A model generated the notes under the pieces. The model did no database searches, was not told the DNA's origin, and worked only from the letters and a program-made list of their open reading frames with translations. Both the position numbers and the translations under genes were made by a program. Below, piece by piece: positions 20,673-30,758 of a DNA stretch of 64,000 nt. The first letter of the stretch is position 1. Every line of letters begins with the position of its first letter. The stretch comes from Alphaproteobacteria bacterium (lineage in GTDB: Bacteria; Pseudomonadota; Alphaproteobacteria; UBA7985): positions 27,250-91,249 of the forward strand of contig CBFIEF010000001.1 of assembly GCA_965661545.1 (NCBI GenBank), in the 5' to 3' direction.

Positions 20673-20780
20673 GAAATATCTTCCTTCAAAATGCGAAAAC
20701 ACGGCGCGAGATGCGCAGCCCTTTGATCACCATAACAGGGGTGAGGGCGCGATAGGATACCGAGATCAGGACTGAAATTC

Positions 20781-22358
20781 ATGAGCATGCAGAAAACTGA
20801 CGACAACCGGGTCAAGATTTTTGACACCACCCTCCGCGACGGTGAGCAGTCACCCGGCTTTTCGATGAACCATGATGAAAAGCTGCGGATGGCGGGAATG
20901 CTGGAAGAGCTGGGCGTCGATATCATCGAAGCGGGCTTCCCGATCGCGTCACAGGGTGATTTTGAGTCCGTGCGCGCTATTGCGAAACAAGCATCCAAAG
21001 ACGTTGTGATCGCTGGCCTTTGCCGCGCTTCGACCAAGGACATTGATCGGGCGTGGGAAGCGCTGCAGTACGCGCCGAACGCCCGAATTCACACCTTCAT
21101 CTCCACCTCTCCGGTGCATATGAAATACAAGCTGCGGATGGAGCCCGAAGCGGTTTTGGAGGCAATCCACAATTCCGTATCCCACGCCGCGACGATGACC
21201 AGCGACGTTGAATGGTCACCCGAAGACGGGACACGGACCGAGCCTGATTTCCTCGTCAAATCGATCACGACCGCGGTGAAGGCTGGTGCAACGACGATCA
21301 ACGTGCCGGACACGGTTGGCTACTTGGTTGCTGATGAGTACGCCGAGCTGATCACCATGTTGCTCAACTCGGTTCCGGGCTTGGACAAGTGCACGATTTC
21401 CACCCACTGCCACAACGACCTGGGCGTTGCGGTCGCAAACTCTCTGGGTGGCGTTGCGTCCGGCGCGCGTCAGATTGAGTGCACCATCAACGGCATCGGC
21501 GAGCGGGCGGGTAACGCTTCGCTGGAAGAGGTCGCAATGGCCCTGCAGGTTCGCGGCGACCGCTTGCCATACTGGACCAACATCGACAGCACCAAGCTGC
21601 TGCGCGCCTCACAGATGCTCCAGTCTATCACCGGCTTCTCGGTTCAACCGAACAAGGCCATCGTCGGCGCGAACGCGTTTGCGCATGAATCGGGCATCCA
21701 CCAGGACGGCATGCTGAAGAATGCGCAGACCTATGAAATCATGACGCCAGAGAGCGTGGGTTGGACCAAAACCAACCTCGTGCTGGGCAAGCACTCAGGC
21801 CGCGCAGCCTTTCGTGACAAGCTGGTTCAGCTGGGTTTCGAAGATATTGGCGAGAATGCTTTCCAAGACGCATTCGTGCGCTTCAAGGATCTTGCCGATC
21901 ACAAGAAAGAAGTGGCTGACGAAGACATCGTTGCGTTGGTGGACGACAGCGCCAGCGATCAAGCAGCGGCTTTCGTTCTGGACGATCTGAAGATCCACTC
22001 CATCGTGCACGGCGTTGCGCGGGTTGATGTGACGGTCAGTGTCGAGGGCGCTGCGCAGACGGTGACCACTGAAGGCAACGGCGCGGTTGATGCGATCTTC
22101 AAGGGCATCAAGGATGTGACCGGCTTGGACGATCAGAAGCTGGATCTGTACCAAGTTCATGCGGTAACAGGCGGCACAGACGCGCAGGCTAAAGTTACGG
22201 TCCGGCTGAGCCAGGAGGGCCGAACGGTTTCTGGCACCGGCGCTGACTACGATACTTTGTTCGCTTCTGCGCGCGCCTACATCCATGCGTTGAACAAGCT
22301 GCAGGTTTCTGAAAAGCGGGTTCACGCGCACCGTGGTGGCGACGGCGAAGCGGCCTAA
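20781..22358 (+). CDS. leuA: 2-Isopropylmalate synthase (long form)
   Basis: FDTTLRDGEQSPG...HCHNDLG, plus the C-terminal regulatory domain. Confidence 0.9.
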   Translation: MSMQKTDDNRVKIFDTTLRDGEQSPGFSMNHDEKLRMAGMLEELGVDIIEAGFPIASQGDFESVRAIAKQASKDVVIAGLCRASTKDIDRAWEALQYAPNARIHTFISTSPVHMKYKLRMEPEAVLEAIHNSVSHAATMTSDVEWSPEDGTRTEPDFLVKSITTAVKAGATTINVPDTVGYLVADEYAELITMLLNSVPGLDKCTISTHCHNDLGVAVANSLGGVASGARQIECTINGIGERAGNASLEEVAMALQVRGDRLPYWTNIDSTKLLRASQMLQSITGFSVQPNKAIVGANAFAHESGIHQDGMLKNAQTYEIMTPESVGWTKTNLVLGKHSGRAAFRDKLVQLGFEDIGENAFQDAFVRFKDLADHKKEVADEDIVALVDDSASDQAAAFVLDDLKIHSIVHGVARVDVTVSVEGAAQTVTTEGNGAVDAIFKGIKDVTGLDDQKLDLYQVHAVTGGTDAQAKVTVRLSQEGRTVSGTGADYDTLFASARAYIHALNKLQVSEKRVHAHRGGDGEAA

Positions 22359-22382
22359 GCCTTTTCACCGGAATAGAAAAAG

Positions 22383-22420
22383 GGGGGCTTCCGCATCGGC
22401 GGTAAGCCCCCCTTTTTTTC
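22383..22420 (+). terminator. Intrinsic terminator after leuA
   Basis: GGGGGGCTT-loop-AAGCCCCCC (9 bp) followed by TTTTTTT. Confidence 0.85.
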
Positions 22421-22643
22421 TGCCTCTGACACAGGGTGATCCTGCTTTCATGGATTTTTGATTCAGATGAGCGGGCACAGCATCTTGTTTGCGCTGAAAG
22501 TGTGCTAACTGACGCTCTAGTGGTGTGTTGCAATTCAGCGTCTCGCTCATTGATACGGCAAAAACTCATTTTGGGTTTTTACTCCGATCAATAAGGCTCT
22601 AAGAACCCACAAAACATCGGAAATCAGATTCGGAGCGCATGTC

Positions 22644-22955
22644 ATGCCATCCATCATTGTAATAGACCGCGACGGCAGCGAGCAGACCATCGAAGCGAAG
22701 GCTGGCCACAAGGTCATGGAAGTAATCCGTGACGCCGGTATGAACATCGAAGCGGCCTGTGGCGGCTGCTGCGCCTGTGCCACCTGCCACGTTTACGTGG
22801 ACGGTGAATGGTTCGGAAAGCTGGTCGGGGCAGACGAAGAAGAAACCGACATGCTTGATCTGGCGATGGACGTTAAGGACACCAGCCGGCTTTCTTGCCA
22901 GCTGGAGATGTCCGACGAGTTGGACGGCCTGCGGGTCGAATTGGCACCGGCCTAA
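22644..22955 (+). CDS. fdx: [2Fe-2S] ferredoxin, adrenodoxin/putidaredoxin type
   Basis: 103 aa, with the cluster loop CGGCCACATCH and a distal Cys in SCQLEM. Confidence 0.8.
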   Translation: MPSIIVIDRDGSEQTIEAKAGHKVMEVIRDAGMNIEAACGGCCACATCHVYVDGEWFGKLVGADEEETDMLDLAMDVKDTSRLSCQLEMSDELDGLRVELAPA

Positions 22956-22994
22956 GCAATCTCGCTCTTCACCGTTGCTATTTAAGGAATCAGC

Positions 22995-24578
22995 ATGAGC
23001 CAAAACTGGTGGGATAGTGCGGTTATCTATCAAATTTATCCCCGCTCTTTTCGAGACAGTAACGGTGATGGAATAGGCGATCTTCAAGGGGTTACGGAAA
23101 AGCTGGAAACCGTCGCGGATTTGGGCGTCGATTGTGTCTGGCTTTCCCCCTTCTTCAAATCGCCCTTCAAGGACTTTGGGTACGACGTATCGGACTATCG
23201 AGCCGTTGACCCGGTTTTTGGAACGGACAAGGACTTTGATGACCTGCTGAACAAGGCGCATGGCCTTGGGATGAAAGTGATCCTCGACCAGGTTCTCTGC
23301 CATTGCTCAGAAGAACACGAATGGTTCGAGGAATCCCGGCAAGACCGGACGAACCCCAAAGCGGATTGGTACGTTTGGCAGGATCCAAAACCTGATGGGA
23401 CCGAGCCGAACAACTGGCTTTCGTTCTTTGGCGGTCGGGCGTGGACGTGGGATGCACGGCGCAGGCAGTACTATTTCCACAACTTCCTCACGTCGCAGCC
23501 GAACCTGAACCATCGCAACCCAGAAGTCCGCGCTGCCGTTTTGGCAGACTGTAAATACTGGTTGGACAAGGGCGTTGATGGCTTCCGTTTGGACGCCATT
23601 CATACCATGGCCTTTGACCCCGATTTCCTCGACAACGACGCGCGCGCAGATATTGAGAACGGCGGTGATGATTCATGCGTTTCCCAGCCCTTTGGCATGC
23701 AAGACATCCAATCTCGGCAAATCGACCAGCCGTGGGGAAAGCAGTTTCTGTCGGAACTGAGAACGCTCGCAGACAGCTACGACGAGCCGCGCTTTCTGAT
23801 GGGTGAGCTGGGCGGGGACAATGGTGCTGCGATGATCGACCGGTATACGCAGCCGGGTTTGCTCCATGCCTGCTACAACTTCGATCTACTGGCGTGGGAT
23901 GGGCAAACAGCAGAAGAGCTGGAGGGCGTATTGCGGCTTGTCACGGACAAGCTCGAAGGCCACCAGATTACCTTCGCCACGTCCAACCACGACGTTCCGC
24001 GCATTTCCTCCCGTCAGGTCAAGCGATTGGGGCTTGAACCCGAGGATTCGGACCGGGTCGCATTGATGATGGTTGAGCTGGAATTAGCGCTGCATGGTTC
24101 GGTGTGCATGTACATGGGCGAAGAGCTGGGCTTGGAAGACGCCGACCGATTGGCGTTGGAGGATCTGCAAGATCCGTGGGGGATAGAGTTCTGGCCGACC
24201 TTCATGGGCCGCGATACCTGCCGAACGCCGATCCCTTGGACCGTTGCGGAAACGCACGCTGGGTTCACCAGCGCCGATAAGCCGTGGCTGCCTGTGGACG
24301 AGCGACACCTAAAGCGGAGCATGGATCAGCAGATGGCCGATCCAAACAGCTTCCGCTCCCAAGTCAAAGCTGCGATTGCCCGCCGCAAAGCTGGTAACAT
24401 TTTGACGGGTGGAACGTTGGAAGTTCTTGATAGTCCAGAAAACATGTTGGTGTTTCAGCGGGTATCGGGAAACAAGAATCAGCGCGTAATGTTCAACTTC
24501 GGCACGAAAGATGCATTGTTTGATGGCGAAAAGGTTGAGGCGTTGTCTTCGGTCTTTAGTCAACCAATGCCTGGATAA
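22995..24578 (+). CDS. aglA: Alpha-glucosidase / oligo-1,6-glucosidase (GH13)
   Basis: Carries the GH13 motifs (WWDSAVIYQIYPRSF, DGIGDLQG, GFRLDAI). Confidence 0.85.
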   Translation: MSQNWWDSAVIYQIYPRSFRDSNGDGIGDLQGVTEKLETVADLGVDCVWLSPFFKSPFKDFGYDVSDYRAVDPVFGTDKDFDDLLNKAHGLGMKVILDQVLCHCSEEHEWFEESRQDRTNPKADWYVWQDPKPDGTEPNNWLSFFGGRAWTWDARRRQYYFHNFLTSQPNLNHRNPEVRAAVLADCKYWLDKGVDGFRLDAIHTMAFDPDFLDNDARADIENGGDDSCVSQPFGMQDIQSRQIDQPWGKQFLSELRTLADSYDEPRFLMGELGGDNGAAMIDRYTQPGLLHACYNFDLLAWDGQTAEELEGVLRLVTDKLEGHQITFATSNHDVPRISSRQVKRLGLEPEDSDRVALMMVELELALHGSVCMYMGEELGLEDADRLALEDLQDPWGIEFWPTFMGRDTCRTPIPWTVAETHAGFTSADKPWLPVDERHLKRSMDQQMADPNSFRSQVKAAIARRKAGNILTGGTLEVLDSPENMLVFQRVSGNKNQRVMFNFGTKDALFDGEKVEALSSVFSQPMPG

Positions 24579-24613
24579 AGCGCACGCCGCTGTCGCTCAG
24601 GCAAAGCGGAGAG

Positions 24614-25684
24614 ATGCAATCCATGAAGCAGTCGCGGTCTTCCTTGTCCGAGGGATTTTTCAAGATTGGTGCTGACCAGAAAATTAGCCCCGATGTTTGG
24701 GAAGACTTGCGGGTTCTCTTGGCTTTTTCTCGCGCTGGTACGATTGCTAAGTGCGCAGAATTGCTAGGCGTGACCCAGCCCACTGTCATCCGAAAACTGG
24801 CAGCGCTCGAAGCCGCAATAGACCGTCGTTTGCTGGTTCGTAGCACGCGGGGATCGTCCTTGACCCAAGAAGGCGAAAAGCTGGTAGCGCTGGCAGATCA
24901 GATCGATCGTCAAGTTTCGACAGCTGTAAACGCCACGGCCATTGATCGTTCAGAAATCGTGGGCAACGTACGAGTGTCGTGCACGGACGGCTTGCTCAGC
25001 GATTGGCTCGCGCCACGGGTTGAGGAATTCCAAGCCGAATACCCCTCTGTTTCGCTAGAGCTGTACTCAACCAACGAGCCGCCGCAATTGGAGCGCCGGG
25101 AAGTTGATGTGGTGTGCTCATTTCTAGATTTTCAGAACGCCAATGTTCTGTCCCGTCGCGTGGGTTTTGTGCACTTGGTTCCCTTCGTTTCCAAGTCTTT
25201 CGTCAAGCGCTATGGCATGCCGCCTGAAAATGGGGATTGGAGCCAATATCCAGTCGTTGACCATGTTGCCTATCGTGACATGGTCGCAGGCTTTGCGGAC
25301 TGGATGAAGCTGACGGCTAATTCGCAGATGAAATACGTGAGCAACAACTCCACCACCTACTACCATTTGGTGCGGACAGGCTTGGGCATTGGCTTTTTGG
25401 GCAACTATGCCGCGCTGGATCCCGAGTTGCTGCCTGTGCCCGGCCATCCCGCACACACCATGACACCGCTCTATGTTGGGGCGTTGAGGGTATTACACGA
25501 CGACCCATCGGTGGGGGCCGTGGTTGATTGGGTCCAACAAACTTTTGAGCGGGCGGGAGATCCGTGGTTCCGTAAGGACTTGATTCAACCCGATTCTACT
25601 GAACTTCAGAAGAGTGCAGAAACCCGCGAGAAACTGGAAAGTTTGCTTGGTGGACAGGTGATGCCCCAAAAGCGCCAAGCTTGA
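24614..25684 (+). CDS. LysR-family transcriptional regulator
   Basis: N-terminal HTH (LRVLLAFSRAGTIAKCAELLGVTQPTVIRKLAALE) with a LysR substrate-binding domain. Confidence 0.8.
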   Translation: MQSMKQSRSSLSEGFFKIGADQKISPDVWEDLRVLLAFSRAGTIAKCAELLGVTQPTVIRKLAALEAAIDRRLLVRSTRGSSLTQEGEKLVALADQIDRQVSTAVNATAIDRSEIVGNVRVSCTDGLLSDWLAPRVEEFQAEYPSVSLELYSTNEPPQLERREVDVVCSFLDFQNANVLSRRVGFVHLVPFVSKSFVKRYGMPPENGDWSQYPVVDHVAYRDMVAGFADWMKLTANSQMKYVSNNSTTYYHLVRTGLGIGFLGNYAALDPELLPVPGHPAHTMTPLYVGALRVLHDDPSVGAVVDWVQQTFERAGDPWFRKDLIQPDSTELQKSAETREKLESLLGGQVMPQKRQA

Positions 25685-25764
25685 GGGCTTGATTTATACC
25701 TCAGCTTTGGGTCTTCTGGTCTGGCTTGGCGGAGCAAACCGCCACCAGACTAGAGGTTTGAACT

Positions 25765-27024
25765 ATGACGACGCACGACGTGCGTTCGCTTGCCGCACCT
25801 GTGTGTGCGCCAGCGGATTCACCTAGCGGCGCAGGTAATGCGCCCGTGGCTATGCCCACGACAAAACCCCAAGATCCGAATTTCTCTTCCGGTCCCTGCA
25901 CCAAGTTTCCCGGCTGGTCAGTCGACAAACTTGTCGATGCTGCCGTCGGACGCTCACACCGGGCCAAAGAACCCAAAGCTAAGCTGAAAGCCGTCATTGA
26001 CCGCTCAAAGGCCATGCTGGGGTTGCCAGATGATTGGATGCTGGGGATTGTCCCTGGTTCCGATACTGGTGCGGTTGAGATGGCCATGTGGTCCATGCTC
26101 GGCGCGCGCCCGGTGACAATTTTGGAATGGGAAAGCTTTTCCAAAGACTGGGCGACGGACGCCATCAAACAGCTGAAGCTGAGCGACGCACAGGTCATGA
26201 AGGCCGGCTACGGTGAATTGCCAGACCTCGCTGCTGTTGACCCTTCCCACGATGTCGTTTTCCCCTTCAACGGCACGACCTCCGGCGTTCGTGTGCCCAA
26301 CATGGATTGGGTCGCTGATGACCGTGAAGGGCTTGTGATTTGCGATGCAACCTCGTCTGCCTTTGCGATGGACATGGACTTCAGCAAATTGGACGTTGTG
26401 ACATGGTCTTGGCAAAAAGTGCTCGGCTCTGAAGCCGCGCACGGCATGCTGGCCCTTTCACCGCGCGCGGTTGCTCGATTGGAAAGCTTTGCCCCCGATC
26501 GTGCCTTGCCGAAGCTGTTCCGGATGACCAAAGCCGGCAAGATCAACGCCGGCATTTTTGAAGGCGCTACCATCAACACCCCGTCCATGTTGGCTGTCGA
26601 AGACGTGCTGGCGGCCTTGGACTGGGCAGACAGCATTGGCGGCGGACCGGCCTTGATCGCCCGCGCCAACGCGAATTTTGCAGCGCTGGACGCGTGGGTT
26701 CAGAAGACCGATTGGATCGATTGGCTCGCCGCTGATCCCGCAACGCGGTCGAGCACGTCCATGTGCTTGAAAATCACCGATCCGGCATTCCAGCAATTGC
26801 CAGCCGATGAGCAAGCCGCCTTCTGTAAGGCCTTGGTCCAGCTGATCGAAACCCAAGACGCTGGCTACGACTTCAACGGCTACCGCGACGCACCAGCTGG
26901 TTTGCGCATCTGGGGTGGTTCAACGGTCGAGTCCAGCAACATCGAAGCCCTCATCCCATGGTTGGAGTGGGCATTCGCAACACAATACACCGCAACTTTT
27001 GCATCGAAGGAAAACGCAGCATGA
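25765..27024 (+). CDS. serC: Phosphoserine aminotransferase. An alternative start at the ATG at 25852 is possible.
   Basis: Carries PNFSSGPC and class-V aminotransferase features. GAGG sits 8 nt upstream of 25765. Its stop overlaps the serA start as ATGA. Confidence 0.85.
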   Translation: MTTHDVRSLAAPVCAPADSPSGAGNAPVAMPTTKPQDPNFSSGPCTKFPGWSVDKLVDAAVGRSHRAKEPKAKLKAVIDRSKAMLGLPDDWMLGIVPGSDTGAVEMAMWSMLGARPVTILEWESFSKDWATDAIKQLKLSDAQVMKAGYGELPDLAAVDPSHDVVFPFNGTTSGVRVPNMDWVADDREGLVICDATSSAFAMDMDFSKLDVVTWSWQKVLGSEAAHGMLALSPRAVARLESFAPDRALPKLFRMTKAGKINAGIFEGATINTPSMLAVEDVLAALDWADSIGGGPALIARANANFAALDAWVQKTDWIDWLAADPATRSSTSMCLKITDPAFQQLPADEQAAFCKALVQLIETQDAGYDFNGYRDAPAGLRIWGGSTVESSNIEALIPWLEWAFATQYTATFASKENAA

Positions 27025-28622
27025 GCGCGAAACCCAAAATTCTGATTTCTGATTCCCTGTCCACACAGGCCGTACAAACCTTTGAAGAGATGGGCTGTGA
27101 TGTCACTGTTTCGGGCAAACTGACGCCTGATGAGCTGATGCACATCATCCCAGAATACGACGGCTTGGCCGTTCGCTCGGCGACCAAAGTCACGCCGGAG
27201 TTGCTGGAAAAGGCGACAAAGCTGAAGGTTGTGGGCCGGGCTGGAATTGGGGTCGATAACATCGACGTCAACGCCTGTACCCGCAACGGTGTCGTCGTGA
27301 TGAACACGCCCTTTGGCAACGCCATTACGACCGCTGAACATGCGATTGCGATGATGTTCGCGCTGGCGCGGCACATTCCACAAGCCAATGCGTCCACCCA
27401 TCAGGGGCTTTGGGAAAAGTCCAAGTTCATGGGAACCGAGCTGACGGGCAAGACCCTCGGTTTGGTCGGCGCGGGGAACATTGGTTCCATCGTTGCGTCT
27501 AAAGCCATTGGAATTGGCCTGAAGGTCATCGCGTTTGACCCCTTCCTCTCTGACGAGCGCGCGAAAGACTTGGGCGTGACCAAGGTTGAGCTGGACGAGC
27601 TGTTGGCCAAAGCCGACGTCATCACGCTGCACGTGCCAAAGACGGCGCAGACGGAAAACATGATCAACGCCGACGCCTTCAACAAAATGAAGAAGGGCGT
27701 GATGCTGGTAAACTGCGCGCGCGGGGGACTGGTTGACGAGACGGCCCTGCTGGGTGCGTTGGAAAGCGGTCACGTGCGCGGTGCAGCGCTGGACGTTTTT
27801 GCAGTTGAGCCTGCGAAAGAAAACGCGCTGTTCGGTCACCCAAGCGTCATTTGTACCCCGCACCTTGGGGCTTCCACCCAAGAAGCGCAGGAAAAGGTTG
27901 CGGTGCAAGTTGCCGAACAGATGGCCAACTACGTTGTCGATGGCGCCGTGCAAAACGCCCTCAACACCCCATCGCTGACCGCAGAAGATGCGCGCAAGCT
28001 GGGGCCGTGGATTGATCTGGCTAAGCAGCTTGGCTCGATGATTGGTCAGCTGACGGACGAAGAAATCCTCGATATGCAGATCGAATACTGCGGTGATGCT
28101 GCGGGCCTCAAGCACGAGCCGATCACCAATGCGGCGCTAGCGGCGATGCTGGGCACCAAGTTTGCGTCTGTAAATCTCGTGAACGTGCGGGATATGGCTA
28201 ACCAGCGTGGGATCAACATCAAAGAAACCCGCACCGACAGCGCAGGCGACTATCAGGCGGTAATCCGCATTCTGGTCTCTACACCGGCCTTCAGCCGGTC
28301 GATTGCCGGGACGATGATGGCGGGTCGCCCGCGGATCACGGAGATCAAGGGCATCCAGCTAGAATCCACTTTGGGCCGCTATATGCTGTATATCACCAAC
28401 AAGGACCAGCCGGGTTTGATTGGTGCGGTTGGCTCGCGGATGGCGGAAAGCGGGATTAACATCGCAAACTTCCACCTGGGCCGTTTGGCGCAAGGCGGGG
28501 ACGCCATTGCCTTTTTAGAAATCGACAGTGCGGTTAGCGACGAAGACCTGAATATTCTGCAATCGTTGCCGCAGATCGACCGCTGCACCTTCCTTGAATT
28601 CCCAGAAATGAGTGAAGCTTAA
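27021..28622 (+). CDS. serA: D-3-phosphoglycerate dehydrogenase with a C-terminal ACT domain
   Basis: A 2-hydroxyacid dehydrogenase fold ([13 protein letters not shown]) with a C-terminal ACT domain. Its start (27021) overlaps the serC stop (27022-24). Confidence 0.9.
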   Translation: MSAKPKILISDSLSTQAVQTFEEMGCDVTVSGKLTPDELMHIIPEYDGLAVRSATKVTPELLEKATKLKVVGRAGIGVDNIDVNACTRNGVVVMNTPFGNAITTAEHAIAMMFALARHIPQANASTHQGLWEKSKFMGTELTGKTLGLVGAGNIGSIVASKAIGIGLKVIAFDPFLSDERAKDLGVTKVELDELLAKADVITLHVPKTAQTENMINADAFNKMKKGVMLVNCARGGLVDETALLGALESGHVRGAALDVFAVEPAKENALFGHPSVICTPHLGASTQEAQEKVAVQVAEQMANYVVDGAVQNALNTPSLTAEDARKLGPWIDLAKQLGSMIGQLTDEEILDMQIEYCGDAAGLKHEPITNAALAAMLGTKFASVNLVNVRDMANQRGINIKETRTDSAGDYQAVIRILVSTPAFSRSIAGTMMAGRPRITEIKGIQLESTLGRYMLYITNKDQPGLIGAVGSRMAESGINIANFHLGRLAQGGDAIAFLEIDSAVSDEDLNILQSLPQIDRCTFLEFPEMSEA

Positions 28623-28624
28623 AC

Positions 28625-29263
28625 ATGCCAAAATACCAACTCCTTGTCTCCGACATGGATTCCACCGTCGCTGCGGGGGAAACCATTGTTGATATGGCGG
28701 ACGCCCTTGGGATCGGACCGAAGATTGCCGAAATTACGGAACGTTCCATGCGCGGTGAGTTGGACTTCCGGCAAGCGCTCGAAGAGCGGGTGATGATGCT
28801 GCGTGGTTTGGAGCTTTCCACCATTCAGCACATCGCCAAGGAAGTGGGCTTGTCCGATGGTGCGCACGAATTGCTTCGGGCGTGCAAGTCGGCAGGGCTC
28901 CGGACGGTGCTGGTCAGCGGTGGGTTCGATCTGATCGCTGAGGTTGTTGGGGCGGGGCTCGGATTTGACCGAGTGGTGTCCAACCGGCTGGAGCTTGAGG
29001 GCGAGGCTCTATCGGGCAAAGTGATTGACCCGATTGTGACGGCTGAAACCAAGGAATCCGTCTTGCTGGCGGAGTGTCAGGGTCTGCGCATTGAGCCTGC
29101 GCGCGCCATTGCTTTGGGTGACGGGGCCAACGACATCGCGATGATCCGAGCCGCAGGGCTTGGCGTGGCTTATCGAGGCAAACCGATCACGCGGGAAGCG
29201 GCGGACCTCGCCATTGATCATCTCCGGGACTTGATCCCCTATCTATCCCAAGAGGACGAATGA
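28625..29263 (+). CDS. serB: Phosphoserine phosphatase (short HAD form)
   Basis: DMDST motif I, S/TGG motif II (VLVSGGFD) and GDGAND motif IV. Closely parallels the M. jannaschii-type PSP core. Starts 2 nt after serA. Confidence 0.8.
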   Translation: MPKYQLLVSDMDSTVAAGETIVDMADALGIGPKIAEITERSMRGELDFRQALEERVMMLRGLELSTIQHIAKEVGLSDGAHELLRACKSAGLRTVLVSGGFDLIAEVVGAGLGFDRVVSNRLELEGEALSGKVIDPIVTAETKESVLLAECQGLRIEPARAIALGDGANDIAMIRAAGLGVAYRGKPITREAADLAIDHLRDLIPYLSQEDE

Positions 29264-29270
29264 CAAAAAC

Positions 29271-29298
29271 AGCGGGGCTTCGGTCCCGCTTTTTTTTG
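29271..29298 (+). terminator. Intrinsic terminator after serB
   Basis: AGCGGG-GCTTCGGT-CCCGCT followed by TTTTTTTT. Confidence 0.8.
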
Positions 29299-29379
29299 TT
29301 TTCCCCTCTGTCGCAGGAGTGGAGTTTGGCTTTGCGTCTCGGTCCGTTCGTGGTCATATCGGTGCCGGAGGATTTAGTC

Positions 29380-30756
29380 ATGACACAACCTGCTTTGCTT
29401 GACGCCTTGCGGACCCGCTTCGGGGATCGTTTTTCGACAGCGGCAGCCATTCTTGAGCGCCACGGAAAGGACGAAGCCCATCACGCGGGTGTGCCGCCGG
29501 ATGGCGTTGTTTTTGTGCAAACAACCGAAGAAGTCGTTGAGGTTGTAAACCTGTGTGCCGCCCATGACGCGCCCATCATCCCTTTTGGCACCGGCACTTC
29601 GCTGGAAGGCCATATCAACGCGATCCGGGGTGGTATCTCCGTCGATTTGAGCATGATGACGGCTGTTCTCGAAGTGAACGAGGCGGATTTGGATTGCCGG
29701 GTCCAAGCGGGTGTGACGCGTAAGGCGTTGAACGAGGAACTGCGCGCGACGGGTCTGATGTTTCCCATCGATCCCGGCGCTGACGCATCACTGGGCGGCA
29801 TGACCGCGACGCGGGCCTCTGGCACCAATGCTGTGCGCTATGGAACGATGAAGGACAACGTACTGGGCCTCACGGCGGTGTTGGCCAACGGCGAGATTGT
29901 CCGCACGGGTGGACGCGCGCCCAAATCGTCAGCGGGCTATGACCTCACGCGGCTGTTGGTGGGGTCTGAGGGGACATTGGCGATCATCACCGAAATCCAG
30001 CTCAAGCTCTACGGCCAGCCTGAAGCAGTTTCCGCTGCCGTTTGCGCCTTTCCGGATATTGATGCGGCGGCAAACACGGCGATCATGGTGAAGCAGATGG
30101 GCATTCCCGTCGCTCGGATGGAGTTGGTGGACGGGGATTCCATTCGCGCGGTTAATCAGGTCGATGGTCTGGGTATGCAGGAAAAGCCGCACATCTTCTT
30201 TGAATTTCACGGCACTGATGATTGGGTCAAAGAGCAAGCCGAGCTGACGCAGGCAATTGCGATGGACTTGGGCGGCGAAGACTTCAGCTGGTCCACCAAG
30301 CCCGAAGAGCGCACGCGCCTGTGGAACGCTCGACATAACATGTTTTACTCGGTTCAGCGGATGCGGCCCGGTTCATCGGCTTGGCCTACGGATGTTTGCG
30401 TCCCGATCTCGCGGTTGGCGGAGTGTATCAACGCGACGGTGGCGGATCTGGAGCAAACCGATGTGCTGGCGCCCATTGTTGGGCATGTTGGCGACGGTAA
30501 CTTTCATCTCGCTTTCCTGTTCGATAAGGATGACGAGCGGGCATTGGAGCAGGTGAACTGGGTCAACTCGCGCATGATTGATCGCGCGTTGGAGATGGGC
30601 GGCACCTGTACCGGAGAGCACGGCGTGGGTCACGGTAAGATGAAGTATCTTGAGCGCGAACACGGCGCGGAAGCAGTGGCGATGATGGTGGCCATCAAGC
30701 GCGCGTTGGATCCTCAGAACATCATGAATCCGGGTAAAGTCTTGCCGATGAACTGA
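29380..30756 (+). CDS. FAD-linked oxidase (GlcD / D-lactate dehydrogenase family)
   Basis: An FAD-binding PCMH domain (PFGTGTSLEGH) and the C-terminal motif GEHGVGHGK. GGAG sits upstream of the ATG at 29380. Confidence 0.8.
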   Translation: MTQPALLDALRTRFGDRFSTAAAILERHGKDEAHHAGVPPDGVVFVQTTEEVVEVVNLCAAHDAPIIPFGTGTSLEGHINAIRGGISVDLSMMTAVLEVNEADLDCRVQAGVTRKALNEELRATGLMFPIDPGADASLGGMTATRASGTNAVRYGTMKDNVLGLTAVLANGEIVRTGGRAPKSSAGYDLTRLLVGSEGTLAIITEIQLKLYGQPEAVSAAVCAFPDIDAAANTAIMVKQMGIPVARMELVDGDSIRAVNQVDGLGMQEKPHIFFEFHGTDDWVKEQAELTQAIAMDLGGEDFSWSTKPEERTRLWNARHNMFYSVQRMRPGSSAWPTDVCVPISRLAECINATVADLEQTDVLAPIVGHVGDGNFHLAFLFDKDDERALEQVNWVNSRMIDRALEMGGTCTGEHGVGHGKMKYLEREHGAEAVAMMVAIKRALDPQNIMNPGKVLPMN

Positions 30757-30758
30757 CC

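Noticed and set aside
25706-25750. An 11-bp interrupted hairpin (GTCTGG/CCAGAC plus GGCGG/CCGCC) between the LysR gene and serC. It could be a riboswitch or terminator.
   Set aside because: No U-tract follows, and it resembles no riboswitch I can recognise. It may be a weak attenuator or a REP-like element, but this is not supportable.
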